Below are positions 1-9,463 of a stretch of DNA of 64,000 nt, one piece after another. The notes under the pieces were generated by a model. It was not told the origin of the DNA and searched no databases. It saw nothing but the letters and a program-made list of their open reading frames with translations. Origin of the DNA: Sulfolobales archaeon (GTDB lineage: Archaea; Thermoproteota; Thermoprotei_A; Sulfolobales; NBVN01); the NCBI GenBank assembly GCA_038831135.1, contig JAWBKW010000005.1, forward strand, positions 6,795 to 70,794, read 5' to 3'. The stretch's first letter is position 1. Each line of letters begins with the position of its first letter. The position numbers and the translations under genes are program-made.

Positions 1-69
1 TTCCCCTGAGACGGATGTTTTGCCAGCACCGTCAATACCCTCAACAACTATTAAAACGCCTTCACTCAA
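1..69 (-). CDS. tmk: thymidylate kinase, N-terminal fragment (gene continues past window start)
   Basis: Not in the ORF track because it runs off the edge. Reverse-strand translation from TTG (69..67) gives MSEGVLIVVEGIDGAGKTSVSGE. The EGxDGxGKT P-loop is the thymidylate kinase N-terminal signature. Only 23 codons are visible. Confidence 0.5.
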   Translation of the reverse strand, partial: MSEGVLIVVEGIDGAGKTSVSGE

Positions 70-481
70 CTATTAACACACCCTCACTACTTAATAACTT
101 ACCATAACACCTGGCGCGAGTACATTCCTTCAAAGTTTCAGCTAATCCTACCCAATCACTAGCTATGACCATAGGGATGTTCGAAAGTACGCAACCAGTA
201 ATTAAGAGCGTGTCAGGGTTCTTAACTATCATGGCCGCAGGAGCTAACGACTTCTTAGCAAGTGAGTAAATAACGTATGGACCCACAGTACTTCCACTAG
301 AACCAGGAAACACCAACAATTTATTGCTAACACTGCCATAACCCACTAAATAACCTCGATCAACATCTAAATCACCTAAGAACGAAATAAATCGATCAAC
401 AAATAATACCTCCCCCTCAGCATCACCTTCTACTACAACCTTAACAGAAGTTCTAAACCTTAACTCAGATCCCTAATTCAT
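62..481 (-). CDS. AcnX-type dehydratase small subunit (DUF126; putative phosphomevalonate dehydratase small subunit). In-frame TAG at codon 3.
   Basis: The track ORF 62..346 starts at GTG. The same frame stays open up to 472 and encodes GSELRFRTSVKVVVEGDAEGEVLFVDRFISFLGDLDVDRGYL, the conserved N-terminal half of AcnX small subunits. The only canonical start is ATG 481..479, followed by AAT and then TAG (475..473). Lies directly downstream of the large subunit. Confidence 0.6.
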
Positions 482-496
482 TGAAAAATTGTGGAG

Positions 497-1726
497 TTAT
501 AAGTCTACACTTAACTTATTGGTGAAGTACATCTTAATTAAATCATTTGTTGGAACCACTAAGACAGGTATTTTACTAAGTCTACTTATGTAGCTACAAG
601 CCTTAGTAGAGTCCGTTACGACATAATCAACACCTAGAAGGTCTAACCTCGATACAACAGCACATACGTTGGGTAGTACCTTAACATTATACTTAGCCAA
701 TCCATTAACTAGTTCTAACACTGCGTTACTTACGAATCCTTCGTATGTTGTAAGCCATAATTCCCTACTACCTAAATCCAAAGGGCCTCTGACGTTATTA
801 ATCTCACTAAGCAATCTATTAAGAACGTGGACTAACTCATTAAAACTAAGGTGAGGACAACCTATTAAGTAAAGACCCCTACCACTAATTACCTCACACA
901 TAAATCTCCTAACGTATGATTTTATATCGGAGTAGCTTAAGTTGAAGACTTCCTCATAACTGACATCACGCATTAATTCCTTATATTCTGGGGTGACTTC
1001 CTCAATTACCGCCATAGGGATGTTTGAAGTAGTTCCTAAAGCCGCCAAAAACAACTTCAAATGATACGTATCTCTAAACTTAAGCCCTGATATGTAGGGT
1101 ATTCTCTCACCAACTAATTCACCAATCATTAACCCGAGAAAACCTACTTCAGATTCGTTCACACCTGCAGAATTAATTAACACTTTAGGTTTCCTATTAC
1201 TAAGTATGTGTACCCCTGACTTATAGGTCCTCCCAACTATACCGGCTAATAAAGCTAGTGGACCCCCCTCCTTATTGCTTAAAGCACCTAATACCGTATT
1301 AGCGTATAATACTGCATTACTTTCAGCCCATGCTAGGTGCTCCCCAAATCTAGGAGGTCTTACGTTATACGGCGCGCATGTATAGAACTTAACACCTATT
1401 TTATTTAACGAGTTAATAATCCTTAATTGCTTCTCAATAGTTTGGTCAGCATGTTTTTTACCTAAGTAATCGGATATCACCATATACGGATTTGCTGAAG
1501 TAAATACCTCAACACTACCTCCTGAAGCTACTACGTCCTCAATAAACTCTATACCTGAATCACCAATGTTTAAGTAGGATATACCGGAAACATGTGCATG
1601 ATTAATGGTTATCAATTCCTGAGCTCCTAAGGATTCACCAACTTTAACGATAACCTTTAAAGCAAGTGCTTTAGCGCTACCGAACTCACCGTTAATAATC
1701 CTTTCCTCAATACTGCTTAGATACAT
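497..1726 (-). CDS. AcnX-type dehydratase large subunit (DUF521; putative phosphomevalonate dehydratase large subunit)
   Basis: 409 aa. The N-terminus MYLSSIEERIINGEFGSAKALALK...HAHVSG is typical of the aconitase-X large subunit. It sits next to a DUF126 small subunit and a UbiD-like decarboxylase. Confidence 0.75.
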   Translation of the reverse strand: MYLSSIEERIINGEFGSAKALALKVIVKVGESLGAQELITINHAHVSGISYLNIGDSGIEFIEDVVASGGSVEVFTSANPYMVISDYLGKKHADQTIEKQLRIINSLNKIGVKFYTCAPYNVRPPRFGEHLAWAESNAVLYANTVLGALSNKEGGPLALLAGIVGRTYKSGVHILSNRKPKVLINSAGVNESEVGFLGLMIGELVGERIPYISGLKFRDTYHLKLFLAALGTTSNIPMAVIEEVTPEYKELMRDVSYEEVFNLSYSDIKSYVRRFMCEVISGRGLYLIGCPHLSFNELVHVLNRLLSEINNVRGPLDLGSRELWLTTYEGFVSNAVLELVNGLAKYNVKVLPNVCAVVSRLDLLGVDYVVTDSTKACSYISRLSKIPVLVVPTNDLIKMYFTNKLSVDL

Positions 1727-1735
1727 TGTGAGACC

Positions 1736-3028
1736 CTAAACCCTAGGCCTTCTGAACGCCTCTAACTCACTCATTGGTGCAGTTGCATCAATACCTAATT
1801 TATCGGTGATACCGTCTGAAGAACTTGGATCTAATGTAGAACCACGCGCATTCCTAATAATGATTAAGTCCTCACCAGCCTGGACTCTAGTCGCTATAGC
1901 CCACTCAACATCTGCTAAATTATCTGGATCTATATCGGAATCCACAATAACTACATGTTTTAGGCTTGGATGGGAAGCAAAAGCAGCTAAGATAGCATTC
2001 TTTGCATCACCGTCGTTATTTTTATCAATCGATATCACTGCATGCAACCAACAACCGCCTGAGGGCGTTAACCTAACCTTATGTACTTTCGGAACCACCC
2101 TCCTAACACCGTCCCATACGCTGGCCTCCTTAGGAAACCCCATAAGTAATTTATGTTCCATACCACCAGGTAGAATAACGTGGAATAACGGTTGCTCATC
2201 AAACCTACTTAAATATATTTTATCTACGTGAATCACTGGTTGTTTCCTAACCTTATCGTAGAGTTCTAGCAAATCTAAGAAAGGTCCTTCATCAACTTCC
2301 TCCTTAGTTATCCTTCCTTCCATAACTACTGAAGCACTACATGGGACGGGTAAGTCATATAATGGAGTCCTACAGAACCTTAAATCATCAACTAACCCAT
2401 TAATAAGACCTAGTTCGAAAACCCCGTAAGGTGGTGAAAGCGAAGCCAATAAAAGCAAGGCTGGATGAACCCCCACCGCAATAGCTATAGGGGTTTCAAC
2501 CCCTAACTTAGAGTTAATACTTACAATTCTGTGGAGATGCCTCGGAACTATCCTAATTGCGGCTCGATCATCGCTAACTTGCATTAGTCTGTGTACTGAA
2601 GCATTAAAGCTGTCTAGATCTGGTGTTTTAGCAATAACTATAGATGAGGTAATATACTTACCTCCGTCACGTTCAAAGAACTTTATGAAAGGTAATTTAC
2701 TTAAATTAACATCTACCTCTTTAAAGTAGTCGTTGAAGAGGTCCTCAGAAAGCGTAGCCGATCGTGAAGTGTTTAAGGCATTAAGTAGTTTCCTATAAGC
2801 ATCTTCATCATCTGACGCGTTCAAAGCTTTATAGAGCTTAGCCCTACTATTAACTACATTCCCAACACATGTTAAGTCGCTACCTTCAATACCAAAAGTA
2901 ATGGTTGTTCCACTCAGGTCGGAATTAAGTAATTCCTTAGTTGGTTCTAGATAAGGCTTTAACACAGGCCTTCTAGCCAATAAACCCTCACTTTCAAGAA
3001 TATCTATGAATGACTTCAGACTAAACAT
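1736..3028 (-). CDS. UbiD-family decarboxylase (candidate anhydromevalonate phosphate decarboxylase)
   Basis: 430 aa with UbiD-like features along its length. It is linked to the AcnX subunit genes, as in the archaeal-type mevalonate pathway. Confidence 0.7.
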   Translation of the reverse strand: MFSLKSFIDILESEGLLARRPVLKPYLEPTKELLNSDLSGTTITFGIEGSDLTCVGNVVNSRAKLYKALNASDDEDAYRKLLNALNTSRSATLSEDLFNDYFKEVDVNLSKLPFIKFFERDGGKYITSSIVIAKTPDLDSFNASVHRLMQVSDDRAAIRIVPRHLHRIVSINSKLGVETPIAIAVGVHPALLLLASLSPPYGVFELGLINGLVDDLRFCRTPLYDLPVPCSASVVMEGRITKEEVDEGPFLDLLELYDKVRKQPVIHVDKIYLSRFDEQPLFHVILPGGMEHKLLMGFPKEASVWDGVRRVVPKVHKVRLTPSGGCWLHAVISIDKNNDGDAKNAILAAFASHPSLKHVVIVDSDIDPDNLADVEWAIATRVQAGEDLIIIRNARGSTLDPSSSDGITDKLGIDATAPMSELEAFRRPRV

Positions 3029-4305
3029 CTAACCACCCTACCAACTTCTTCATACCTATCACTCAACCTGAGTTTACCCGCCACTAACCCTCCTATATCA
3101 CCGCCCCAGGGGGTTATAACATATATGGTTCTCTCCGAATAATTAACACCATCTAAAATACCTACCGACACATCCCTTAAGTCGTGGTCTAAAATACCTA
3201 CTAATAAACCTCTCTCATCGCCTTCATTAATTATGTTTACCTCTAATTCTCTATCCTTACAGAGGACATGTGTTGGGTTAATTTTAAAGCCCTTCCTTAA
3301 AACGATGTTAAGTGTATTATGGAAGAGAGAGGAATATACAACTCCATTACGTATTTCATTAATATTCTCTATGTAATCCACCAAGTCATCAACACTTAAT
3401 GGTTTACCATTGAGTACGCAGGAACCCATTAAGGAGATACCATCTATACCCAACTTAACCCTTCTCGCATTACTAAATAACTTCACATATGATTGATGTC
3501 TTAAATATCGTCTATCATCCTTATTACGTTCTCTAACTACCTTAGGTCTTGGCGCAGATAATACTTTAGTGCTTCTAGTTTTTAAGGCATTCTTGAAGTA
3601 TGCGTAGAGTAAGTCATCAAGCACCACCACATGCGTGGGTTTAAGTATCCGAATCATTAATTCCTTAAGCTCTAAAGCGCTATAACCGTATACCCAACCA
3701 TCAGTATTGACGATTAAGTCGCGTCCACAGCATGTAATCTCATGTACTACGTCATAGAAAGCTGAAATAAATTGATGAATGCAGTACTGAGGTGAATTAC
3801 ATCCAACGTACTTTAACATTATTGGCTGTAGATCCCTTAACCAAAGGAACTTCTCCTTAGGTCTTGCAACCCCTATAGTGCAGGGAAGAGATATGTCAGC
3901 CTGACCTATATCAGAGTCCACTACGTAAACATCACGTCCTGACGAAATCAATTGATTAGCTATAAACGCCGTTAATGATGTTTTACCTGATTCCGGAGGA
4001 CCTATAATTATAATCCGTACGTTCATGCCATACCTAATGATTTCATCACATAAATTAAGCCAAGAATCGATAACCTCATCCCCGCTTTGTGGTTCATCTA
4101 ATGAACCTCCATCACCCAACGCTACACGTAACTCACTACGTCTTAAAGCCTTAATACCGTAGCTTCTATACCTATTAATTACTAATTTACTTCCTGAAGT
4201 AAATGATGCGCCAGCTACTAGAATTTCCCCATTAATAACTTCAACACCAGCAGGACCGCTAATCCGTACTACTTTACCCTCATCAATAATTAAATCAATA
4301 TTCAA
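3016..4305 (-). CDS. Clp1/Grc3-like polynucleotide 5'-hydroxyl kinase
   Basis: 429 aa. P-loop IIIGPPESGKTSLTAFIANQL followed by VVDSDIGQ, the Clp1-family arrangement. Confidence 0.7.
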   Translation of the reverse strand: MNIDLIIDEGKVVRISGPAGVEVINGEILVAGASFTSGSKLVINRYRSYGIKALRRSELRVALGDGGSLDEPQSGDEVIDSWLNLCDEIIRYGMNVRIIIIGPPESGKTSLTAFIANQLISSGRDVYVVDSDIGQADISLPCTIGVARPKEKFLWLRDLQPIMLKYVGCNSPQYCIHQFISAFYDVVHEITCCGRDLIVNTDGWVYGYSALELKELMIRILKPTHVVVLDDLLYAYFKNALKTRSTKVLSAPRPKVVRERNKDDRRYLRHQSYVKLFSNARRVKLGIDGISLMGSCVLNGKPLSVDDLVDYIENINEIRNGVVYSSLFHNTLNIVLRKGFKINPTHVLCKDRELEVNIINEGDERGLLVGILDHDLRDVSVGILDGVNYSERTIYVITPWGGDIGGLVAGKLRLSDRYEEVGRVVRCLV

Positions 4306-4396
4306 CAGCGTGAACCCAAATAAAGTTAATACGGGAGTAATTAAAGTTACTTAATATAGCTAATAATTATAGAGGTAATATCCCTAAATAATGAAT

Positions 4397-4464
4397 AATT
4401 CCCCAAATATTTATGGTGCACTAAGTGAGCACCTTTATTAATACCAGTTCCCCATATTTATCGG
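4397..4464 (+). promoter_or_regulatory. aor upstream region: direct repeat TTCCCCA(A)ATATTTAT x2 flanking the hairpin GGTGC-N9-GCACC
   Basis: Copies at 4399..4414 and 4448..4462. Inverted repeat GGTGC (4415..4419) / GCACC (4429..4433). All lie immediately upstream of the aor start at 4472. Confidence 0.25.
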
Positions 4465-4471
4465 TGTCTAC

Positions 4472-6322
4472 GTGTTTGGATGGCATGGTAAATTATTGAG
4501 GATAAACCTAAGCGATATGAAAGTATCTACTAATACTGTTGATGGTGAGGTCCTTCAAAAATTTTTAGGTGGAAGAGGTCTCGCCGCCTATCTGTTGTGG
4601 AATGAGTTAAGAGCAGGTACTCCCCCGCTCTCACACTTAAACAAGCTTATAATCTCTTCAGGACCCCTAACAGGATTACCCCTCCCCAGCTCAGGTAAAT
4701 TAGTCGTGGCATCTAAGTCTCCCCTCACCAACGGCTACGGCGATGGCAACGTAGGTACTAAAGCTGCAGTTAATTTAAGGAGATGCGGATATGATGCGAT
4801 AGTTATTGAAGGCTCTGCTGAGAAACCTACACTTATCTTAATAGATGACGGTAAAGTAGAGTTGTTGCCTGCGGACCATTTATGGGGTCTCACAACTTGG
4901 GAGACAGAACTAAAAATTAGTAATGATTATGGGAGCGATGTATCAGTTTTAAGCATAGGGCCTGCTGGGGAGAACTTAGTCAAGTTCTCAACAATAATAA
5001 GCGAGTTCGGAAGGTCCGGCGGCAGACCCGGATTAGGCGCTGTTATGGGTTCTAAGAAAGTAAAGGCAGTAGCTATCAGGGGAACTAAGGAGGTACCTAT
5101 CCATAACCCTGAGGAGTTTAAGAAAGTGGTTGAAGAATCCTACGAACATATTAAGAAGGACGCTAATTACGGTTTCTGGATAAGACAAGGCACGATGTCA
5201 ACTATACTATGGGCTAATGAGAACAGTTGTCTACCAACACATAATTTTAGAGAGGGTGTCTTCGATGAAGCCAGTAAAATAAGCGGTGATGCTATGGAAT
5301 TAATTAAGGTTAGGCAGAAAGGCTGTCCTTATTGCGAAATACCTTGCGGGAACATAGTTAAGTATTACGTTGAGGGTATTACTAACGAGTCCGAATTAGA
5401 TTACGAGAACGTAGCCATGTTAGGCTCTAACATAGGGTTGGGCGACCTACATAAAGTTTCAGACCTTAACCTTATGGCAGACCTTTACGGGCTTGACACT
5501 ATTAGCTTAGGTAATGTCTTAGCATTTACGGCTGAGTTAAGTGAGAAGAAATTAATTGATGAGAGAGTTGAGTGGGGAGAATACAGGAAGTTTAAGGAAT
5601 TAGTAAAGGATATAACGTATAGAAGGGGTTTAGGAGATATACTAGCGGAAGGTGTTAGATACGTATCATATAAATTAGGTGGTGACTCAGTAAAGTATGC
5701 AATGCATGTTAAGGGGCTTGAGGTATCAGCTTATGATTGCCATGCCGCCCCAGGTATGGCATTAGCTTACGGTACATCACCTATAGGTGCTCACCACAAA
5801 GATGCTTGGTTTATTGCGACAGAGATAAAGTTGGGACGCCTCCAATACTCTAAAGAAAAAGTTGAACGATTGGTATGGATGCAGAATATAAGGGGTGGGT
5901 TATTCGAGTCGTTAACGACCTGTAGGTTCCCATGGCTTGAGACTTCATTAAGCTTAGATGCCTACCTTAAATTCTTAAACTTAGTTACTGGGGTTAACTA
6001 TAGTTGGGATGATATATACTTAGTAGCTAATAGGGTATATACTTTAATAAGGGCTTTCTGGGTGAGGGAATACTCCGCTGAAGGCTTCAAGTGGAGTTCA
6101 TCTATGGATATGCCTCCTAGGAGATGGTTTGAGGAACCCGTAACTAAGGGACCTCTTGCGGGAACTAAACTAAGCATTGAAGGTTACAAATCCTTGCTTA
6201 GCTGGTATTATGATATGAGAGGATGGGATGAGGATGGCATACCTAGAAAATCAACCATCAATAAGTTAGGTCTGAGTTATGTAGTGCCAGAGCTTGAAAA
6301 ATACGTTGCACTTAAAGAGTAG
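4472..6322 (+). CDS. aor: tungsten-containing aldehyde:ferredoxin oxidoreductase family protein
   Basis: 616 aa. AOR-type N-terminus MFGWHGKLLRINLS, cluster-binding region KGCPYCEIPCG, and family-typical length. Confidence 0.9.
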   Translation: MFGWHGKLLRINLSDMKVSTNTVDGEVLQKFLGGRGLAAYLLWNELRAGTPPLSHLNKLIISSGPLTGLPLPSSGKLVVASKSPLTNGYGDGNVGTKAAVNLRRCGYDAIVIEGSAEKPTLILIDDGKVELLPADHLWGLTTWETELKISNDYGSDVSVLSIGPAGENLVKFSTIISEFGRSGGRPGLGAVMGSKKVKAVAIRGTKEVPIHNPEEFKKVVEESYEHIKKDANYGFWIRQGTMSTILWANENSCLPTHNFREGVFDEASKISGDAMELIKVRQKGCPYCEIPCGNIVKYYVEGITNESELDYENVAMLGSNIGLGDLHKVSDLNLMADLYGLDTISLGNVLAFTAELSEKKLIDERVEWGEYRKFKELVKDITYRRGLGDILAEGVRYVSYKLGGDSVKYAMHVKGLEVSAYDCHAAPGMALAYGTSPIGAHHKDAWFIATEIKLGRLQYSKEKVERLVWMQNIRGGLFESLTTCRFPWLETSLSLDAYLKFLNLVTGVNYSWDDIYLVANRVYTLIRAFWVREYSAEGFKWSSSMDMPPRRWFEEPVTKGPLAGTKLSIEGYKSLLSWYYDMRGWDEDGIPRKSTINKLGLSYVVPELEKYVALKE

Positions 6323-6351
6323 TAAATCTTTTACATTCTCATTTATAATCT

Positions 6352-8391
6352 TTGCAAGAACCTTACTCAAGGATGTTAATGAGGTTTAAGTGGCCCCTTC
6401 AACTTAAGCTGAAATGGTGTCCCAACTGCAACGTACCGCTAATACAGGAAGAATGCGATATATGCGGTTCTAAAGGATTTGAAGTTAATTTAAGTCCGCC
6501 AGGCGATGTCAGACCCGCGTTTAAAGGCGATATCAATATAATTAAAGAGGCGTTAATGAACGAGTTCGCTGACCAATCACTCATTAACCAATTAAACATG
6601 GAGCGAAATTTAGTACTACTAAATAAGGTACCTCACTATGATGATATGAAGGAAGTCTTAATCGGCGGTGTCGTAGCAGGTAGGTATTTCTTTGACCCCA
6701 TAAAAATGAAGTGGCGGTGGAGACTGAGTAAATATAGCGCTGGGGTCGCACTAAGTAAAGGATTAGTTAATACCGTAACTGTAGATAGAATTAAACCTTT
6801 AGAGATAATTAGGATTACAGATGATGAGGAAGACACTCAATATGTAGTAGTTAATAATGATTTAGAGCCTATAGGAATAGCTGTCGCACGAAATGGGAGA
6901 GTGAGGGTGCAGACAATATTTAGTAAGACTCCGGTTCCGGAGATAAATAAAAAGACTTCAACACTTGAAGACTTCAGTAAGGCCAATGACTTCAGATTAA
7001 GAACTCTTACCTCACGAGGCATTAAAAGGGTTTACGTAATGAATTCTAAAGTAAAGCTCCCCATAGCGTTATCTTACTCTGGAGGTAAAGATAGCTTAGT
7101 AGCGTTAGACCTTACCGTGAGGGCAGGGCTAGAACCAGCAATAATCTTCAATAATACCGGGTTAGAGTTGCCTGAAACAGTAGCTAATGTAGTCCATATA
7201 GTTAATCACTACGGTTTAGAGTACCACGAAGCACGACCGGATAAGGGCTTCTGGGACGTGCTTAATGTCTTCGGACCTCCAGCCAAGGACTTCAGATGGT
7301 GCTGTAAGCTTATAAAACTAATACCTCTAGCTAAACTCTATAAAACACTATATCCTAACGGTGCATTAAATATCGTTGGTCAAAGGGGGATGGAATCGGT
7401 AGATAGAGCACGTAGCGGAAACGTATGGAGAAATATGTGGATCCCACACATCCTTAATATAACTCCAATTCAGGAATGGCCGCAACTGGCAGTGTGGTCC
7501 TACATACTGAATAATAAACTCCCTTACAATCCCCTATACGAGTGCGGATTTGATAGATTAGGATGCTACCTATGTCCAGCAGCAAATGTAGCTGAGCATC
7601 ACGTACTATCAAAAACACATCCAGAGATGTGGAATCTCTGGATAACACACCTAACTGAGTGGGGCAGGAAGTCCGAACTGCCAGAAGCCTGGGTTAAATA
7701 CGCGTTATGGAGATGGTTAAACCCGAAGTCAAGTGGTAGGAGAAGAGTTGAGATAAAGTGCTTAGGAAAGCAACACTTAAGCAACTGGGTTGAAGAATAT
7801 GAAGCTAGGTTAAGGATGAAAATCCTTAGTAAGGAAATAACCGCTACAAAAGCTAAAGTAATCTTTAACATACCACTCCCTTATAAAGGACTTGCCGCAC
7901 AGGCAGGTTTGTTGGGTAGAGTTAACGTAAAAACCGAAGACTCGGTAATCGAAATAAAATCACCTGACTACGTAATTAAGGCTTCAGGAAGTACCGTTGA
8001 ATTAATTGTTAATAACTTTTCAAAAACAAACGCCCTAGAATTAATGATAAACGTAATTAAGTTAATGGTAAGATGGGTTAAATGCGTAAACTGCGGAGCC
8101 TGCTCACTATGGTGTCCTACTAAAGCGGTAGAGCTGATCGATAATAAACCTCAAATTAAGAACGATAAATGCATTAACTGCGGCATATGTTTAGAAGTAT
8201 GCCCTATTAGCGAGGTTTTAATTAATAAAGTGTTAATACCCTTCCTAACAGACAACGTAAACACCCCGATAATGAGAAGACGAGCTAAATCAGTTACACT
8301 AAGTAGGTCCTTAAGACTAAACCAAATAAATCAAAACAAGATATTTGATGGAAATGAAGAAACCAATATACCTGATGACTTCTTCAAATAG
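6352..8391 (+). CDS. PP-loop ATPase (PAPS reductase family) fused to an N-terminal Zn-ribbon and a C-terminal 2x[4Fe-4S] ferredoxin domain
   Basis: 679 aa. CPNCN..CDICG ribbon, PP-loop SYSGGKDS, CCK motif, and C-terminal CVNCGACSLWCP plus CINCGICLEVCP. The real start may be ATG 6373. Confidence 0.7.
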   Translation: MQEPYSRMLMRFKWPLQLKLKWCPNCNVPLIQEECDICGSKGFEVNLSPPGDVRPAFKGDINIIKEALMNEFADQSLINQLNMERNLVLLNKVPHYDDMKEVLIGGVVAGRYFFDPIKMKWRWRLSKYSAGVALSKGLVNTVTVDRIKPLEIIRITDDEEDTQYVVVNNDLEPIGIAVARNGRVRVQTIFSKTPVPEINKKTSTLEDFSKANDFRLRTLTSRGIKRVYVMNSKVKLPIALSYSGGKDSLVALDLTVRAGLEPAIIFNNTGLELPETVANVVHIVNHYGLEYHEARPDKGFWDVLNVFGPPAKDFRWCCKLIKLIPLAKLYKTLYPNGALNIVGQRGMESVDRARSGNVWRNMWIPHILNITPIQEWPQLAVWSYILNNKLPYNPLYECGFDRLGCYLCPAANVAEHHVLSKTHPEMWNLWITHLTEWGRKSELPEAWVKYALWRWLNPKSSGRRRVEIKCLGKQHLSNWVEEYEARLRMKILSKEITATKAKVIFNIPLPYKGLAAQAGLLGRVNVKTEDSVIEIKSPDYVIKASGSTVELIVNNFSKTNALELMINVIKLMVRWVKCVNCGACSLWCPTKAVELIDNKPQIKNDKCINCGICLEVCPISEVLINKVLIPFLTDNVNTPIMRRRAKSVTLSRSLRLNQINQNKIFDGNEETNIPDDFFK

Positions 8392-8653
8392 AGAAATTAA
8401 TACGAAATACTTTGAAAGCCTCGAAACTTAGCACAACTCCACTACCGTTTTAAGTAGTAGAATTAATTAGAAGCACTATATAATCTCTTAATTAGTAAGA
8501 TAAATCGAATTTAGATACGCTATTATAGAATGGGAGATTAGAAATTAAGAAATGCGTAAATTAAAGGTTTATATTAACTGATTAGTAGTCACTACATCTC
8601 GTTACATCTCGTACAAACCTGAGGAGATACCCCTAATAAATTAATTAAGTATA

Positions 8654-9400
8654 TTAATGTAGGTCTATTATGTGTTTACATCTCTCAACTAAAGTTACTG
8701 AGTCCCCGTAAACACCCTTAAGTAACTCAATCCTCATAATGTCATGGGGACTTCCTATGAAGTACTTACCGTAACTTAATAAGATAATAGTATTCGTAGA
8801 ACTTAGGAATATAGTGGGGTCATGCATCGATACTAGAACTAATTTCTCATTAGATAACTTAAGTAAGAGGTTAGTTATCTGGGAACGACTAACTAAGTCT
8901 AGATTAGAGAGCGGCTCATCTAGTAGTAGAATAGATGCACCTTTTAGAAGTGCTCGAGCTATGAAGGCCTTCTGTTTCTGACCCCCTGATAATTTACGGA
9001 TATCCTTATACCAAAGAAATTCTGGGATATCTACTAGCTTTAACACCCTTATTACCTCATCATGCAGAGCGTTGAAATCCCTACCATTTAATTCTAAGCT
9101 ATATCTTAGGAACTCCCATAAGGTGATTGGGAAGGAACTCACCGAATTTGGCGTGAGTTGCGGTACATAACCAACGTACTTACCGGCTAATGCAGGTAGT
9201 CCAGTAACGTCACTATCATTGATTAATACCTTACCGCTTAATGGTTTAATCAACCCTAGTAAGGTCTTGAAGAGAGTTGTCTTACCAACTCCGTTAGGAC
9301 CTATTACCTGTACTAGGGCAGGCGCACCTAATTTAAAATTAAGCCCGCTTACCAAAGGTTTGGAGTAACCTATAGTTAAGTCCTTAACTACTAACTCCAT
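8654..9400 (-). CDS. metal (Zn/Mn-type) ABC transporter ATP-binding protein
   Basis: 248 aa. Walker A GPNGVGKTT, signature LSGGQKQ, Walker B LLLDEP. Divergent from a cluster-9 binding protein and an ABC-3 permease. Confidence 0.85.
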   Translation of the reverse strand: MELVVKDLTIGYSKPLVSGLNFKLGAPALVQVIGPNGVGKTTLFKTLLGLIKPLSGKVLINDSDVTGLPALAGKYVGYVPQLTPNSVSSFPITLWEFLRYSLELNGRDFNALHDEVIRVLKLVDIPEFLWYKDIRKLSGGQKQKAFIARALLKGASILLLDEPLSNLDLVSRSQITNLLLKLSNEKLVLVSMHDPTIFLSSTNTIILLSYGKYFIGSPHDIMRIELLKGVYGDSVTLVERCKHIIDLH

Positions 9401-9410
9401 ATGCCTCTAC

Positions 9411-9448
9411 GTGCACAAATTCTTTAAAAACTTAAATATTTTGTGCAC
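9411..9448. promoter_or_regulatory. candidate operator: 9-bp perfect inverted repeat bracketing A/T-rich TATA-like elements of the divergent ABC transporter promoters
   Basis: GTGCACAAA (9411..9419) and TTTGTGCAC (9440..9448) are separated by 20 nt (TTCTTTAAAAACTTAAATAT). They lie in the 63-bp spacer between the ATPase gene (-) and the binding-protein gene (+). Confidence 0.4.
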
Positions 9449-9463
9449 ACATAACTATTATGT

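Noticed and set aside
37-85. Near-duplicate ~21-nt segments encoding EGVLIVE (end of the AcnX small subunit) and EGVLIVVE (start of tmk)
   Set aside because: The repeat is short and imperfect at a gene overlap. It could be a small duplication that created the overlap, but I see no functional implication.
8593-8612. Tandem direct repeat TACATCTCGT x2 (plus a partial third) in the 262-bp convergent spacer between the PP-loop/ferredoxin gene and the ABC ATPase gene
   Set aside because: It is too short for a CRISPR or satellite. I could not build C/D or H/ACA features or a convincing structure around it. It may be a terminator-region slippage product.
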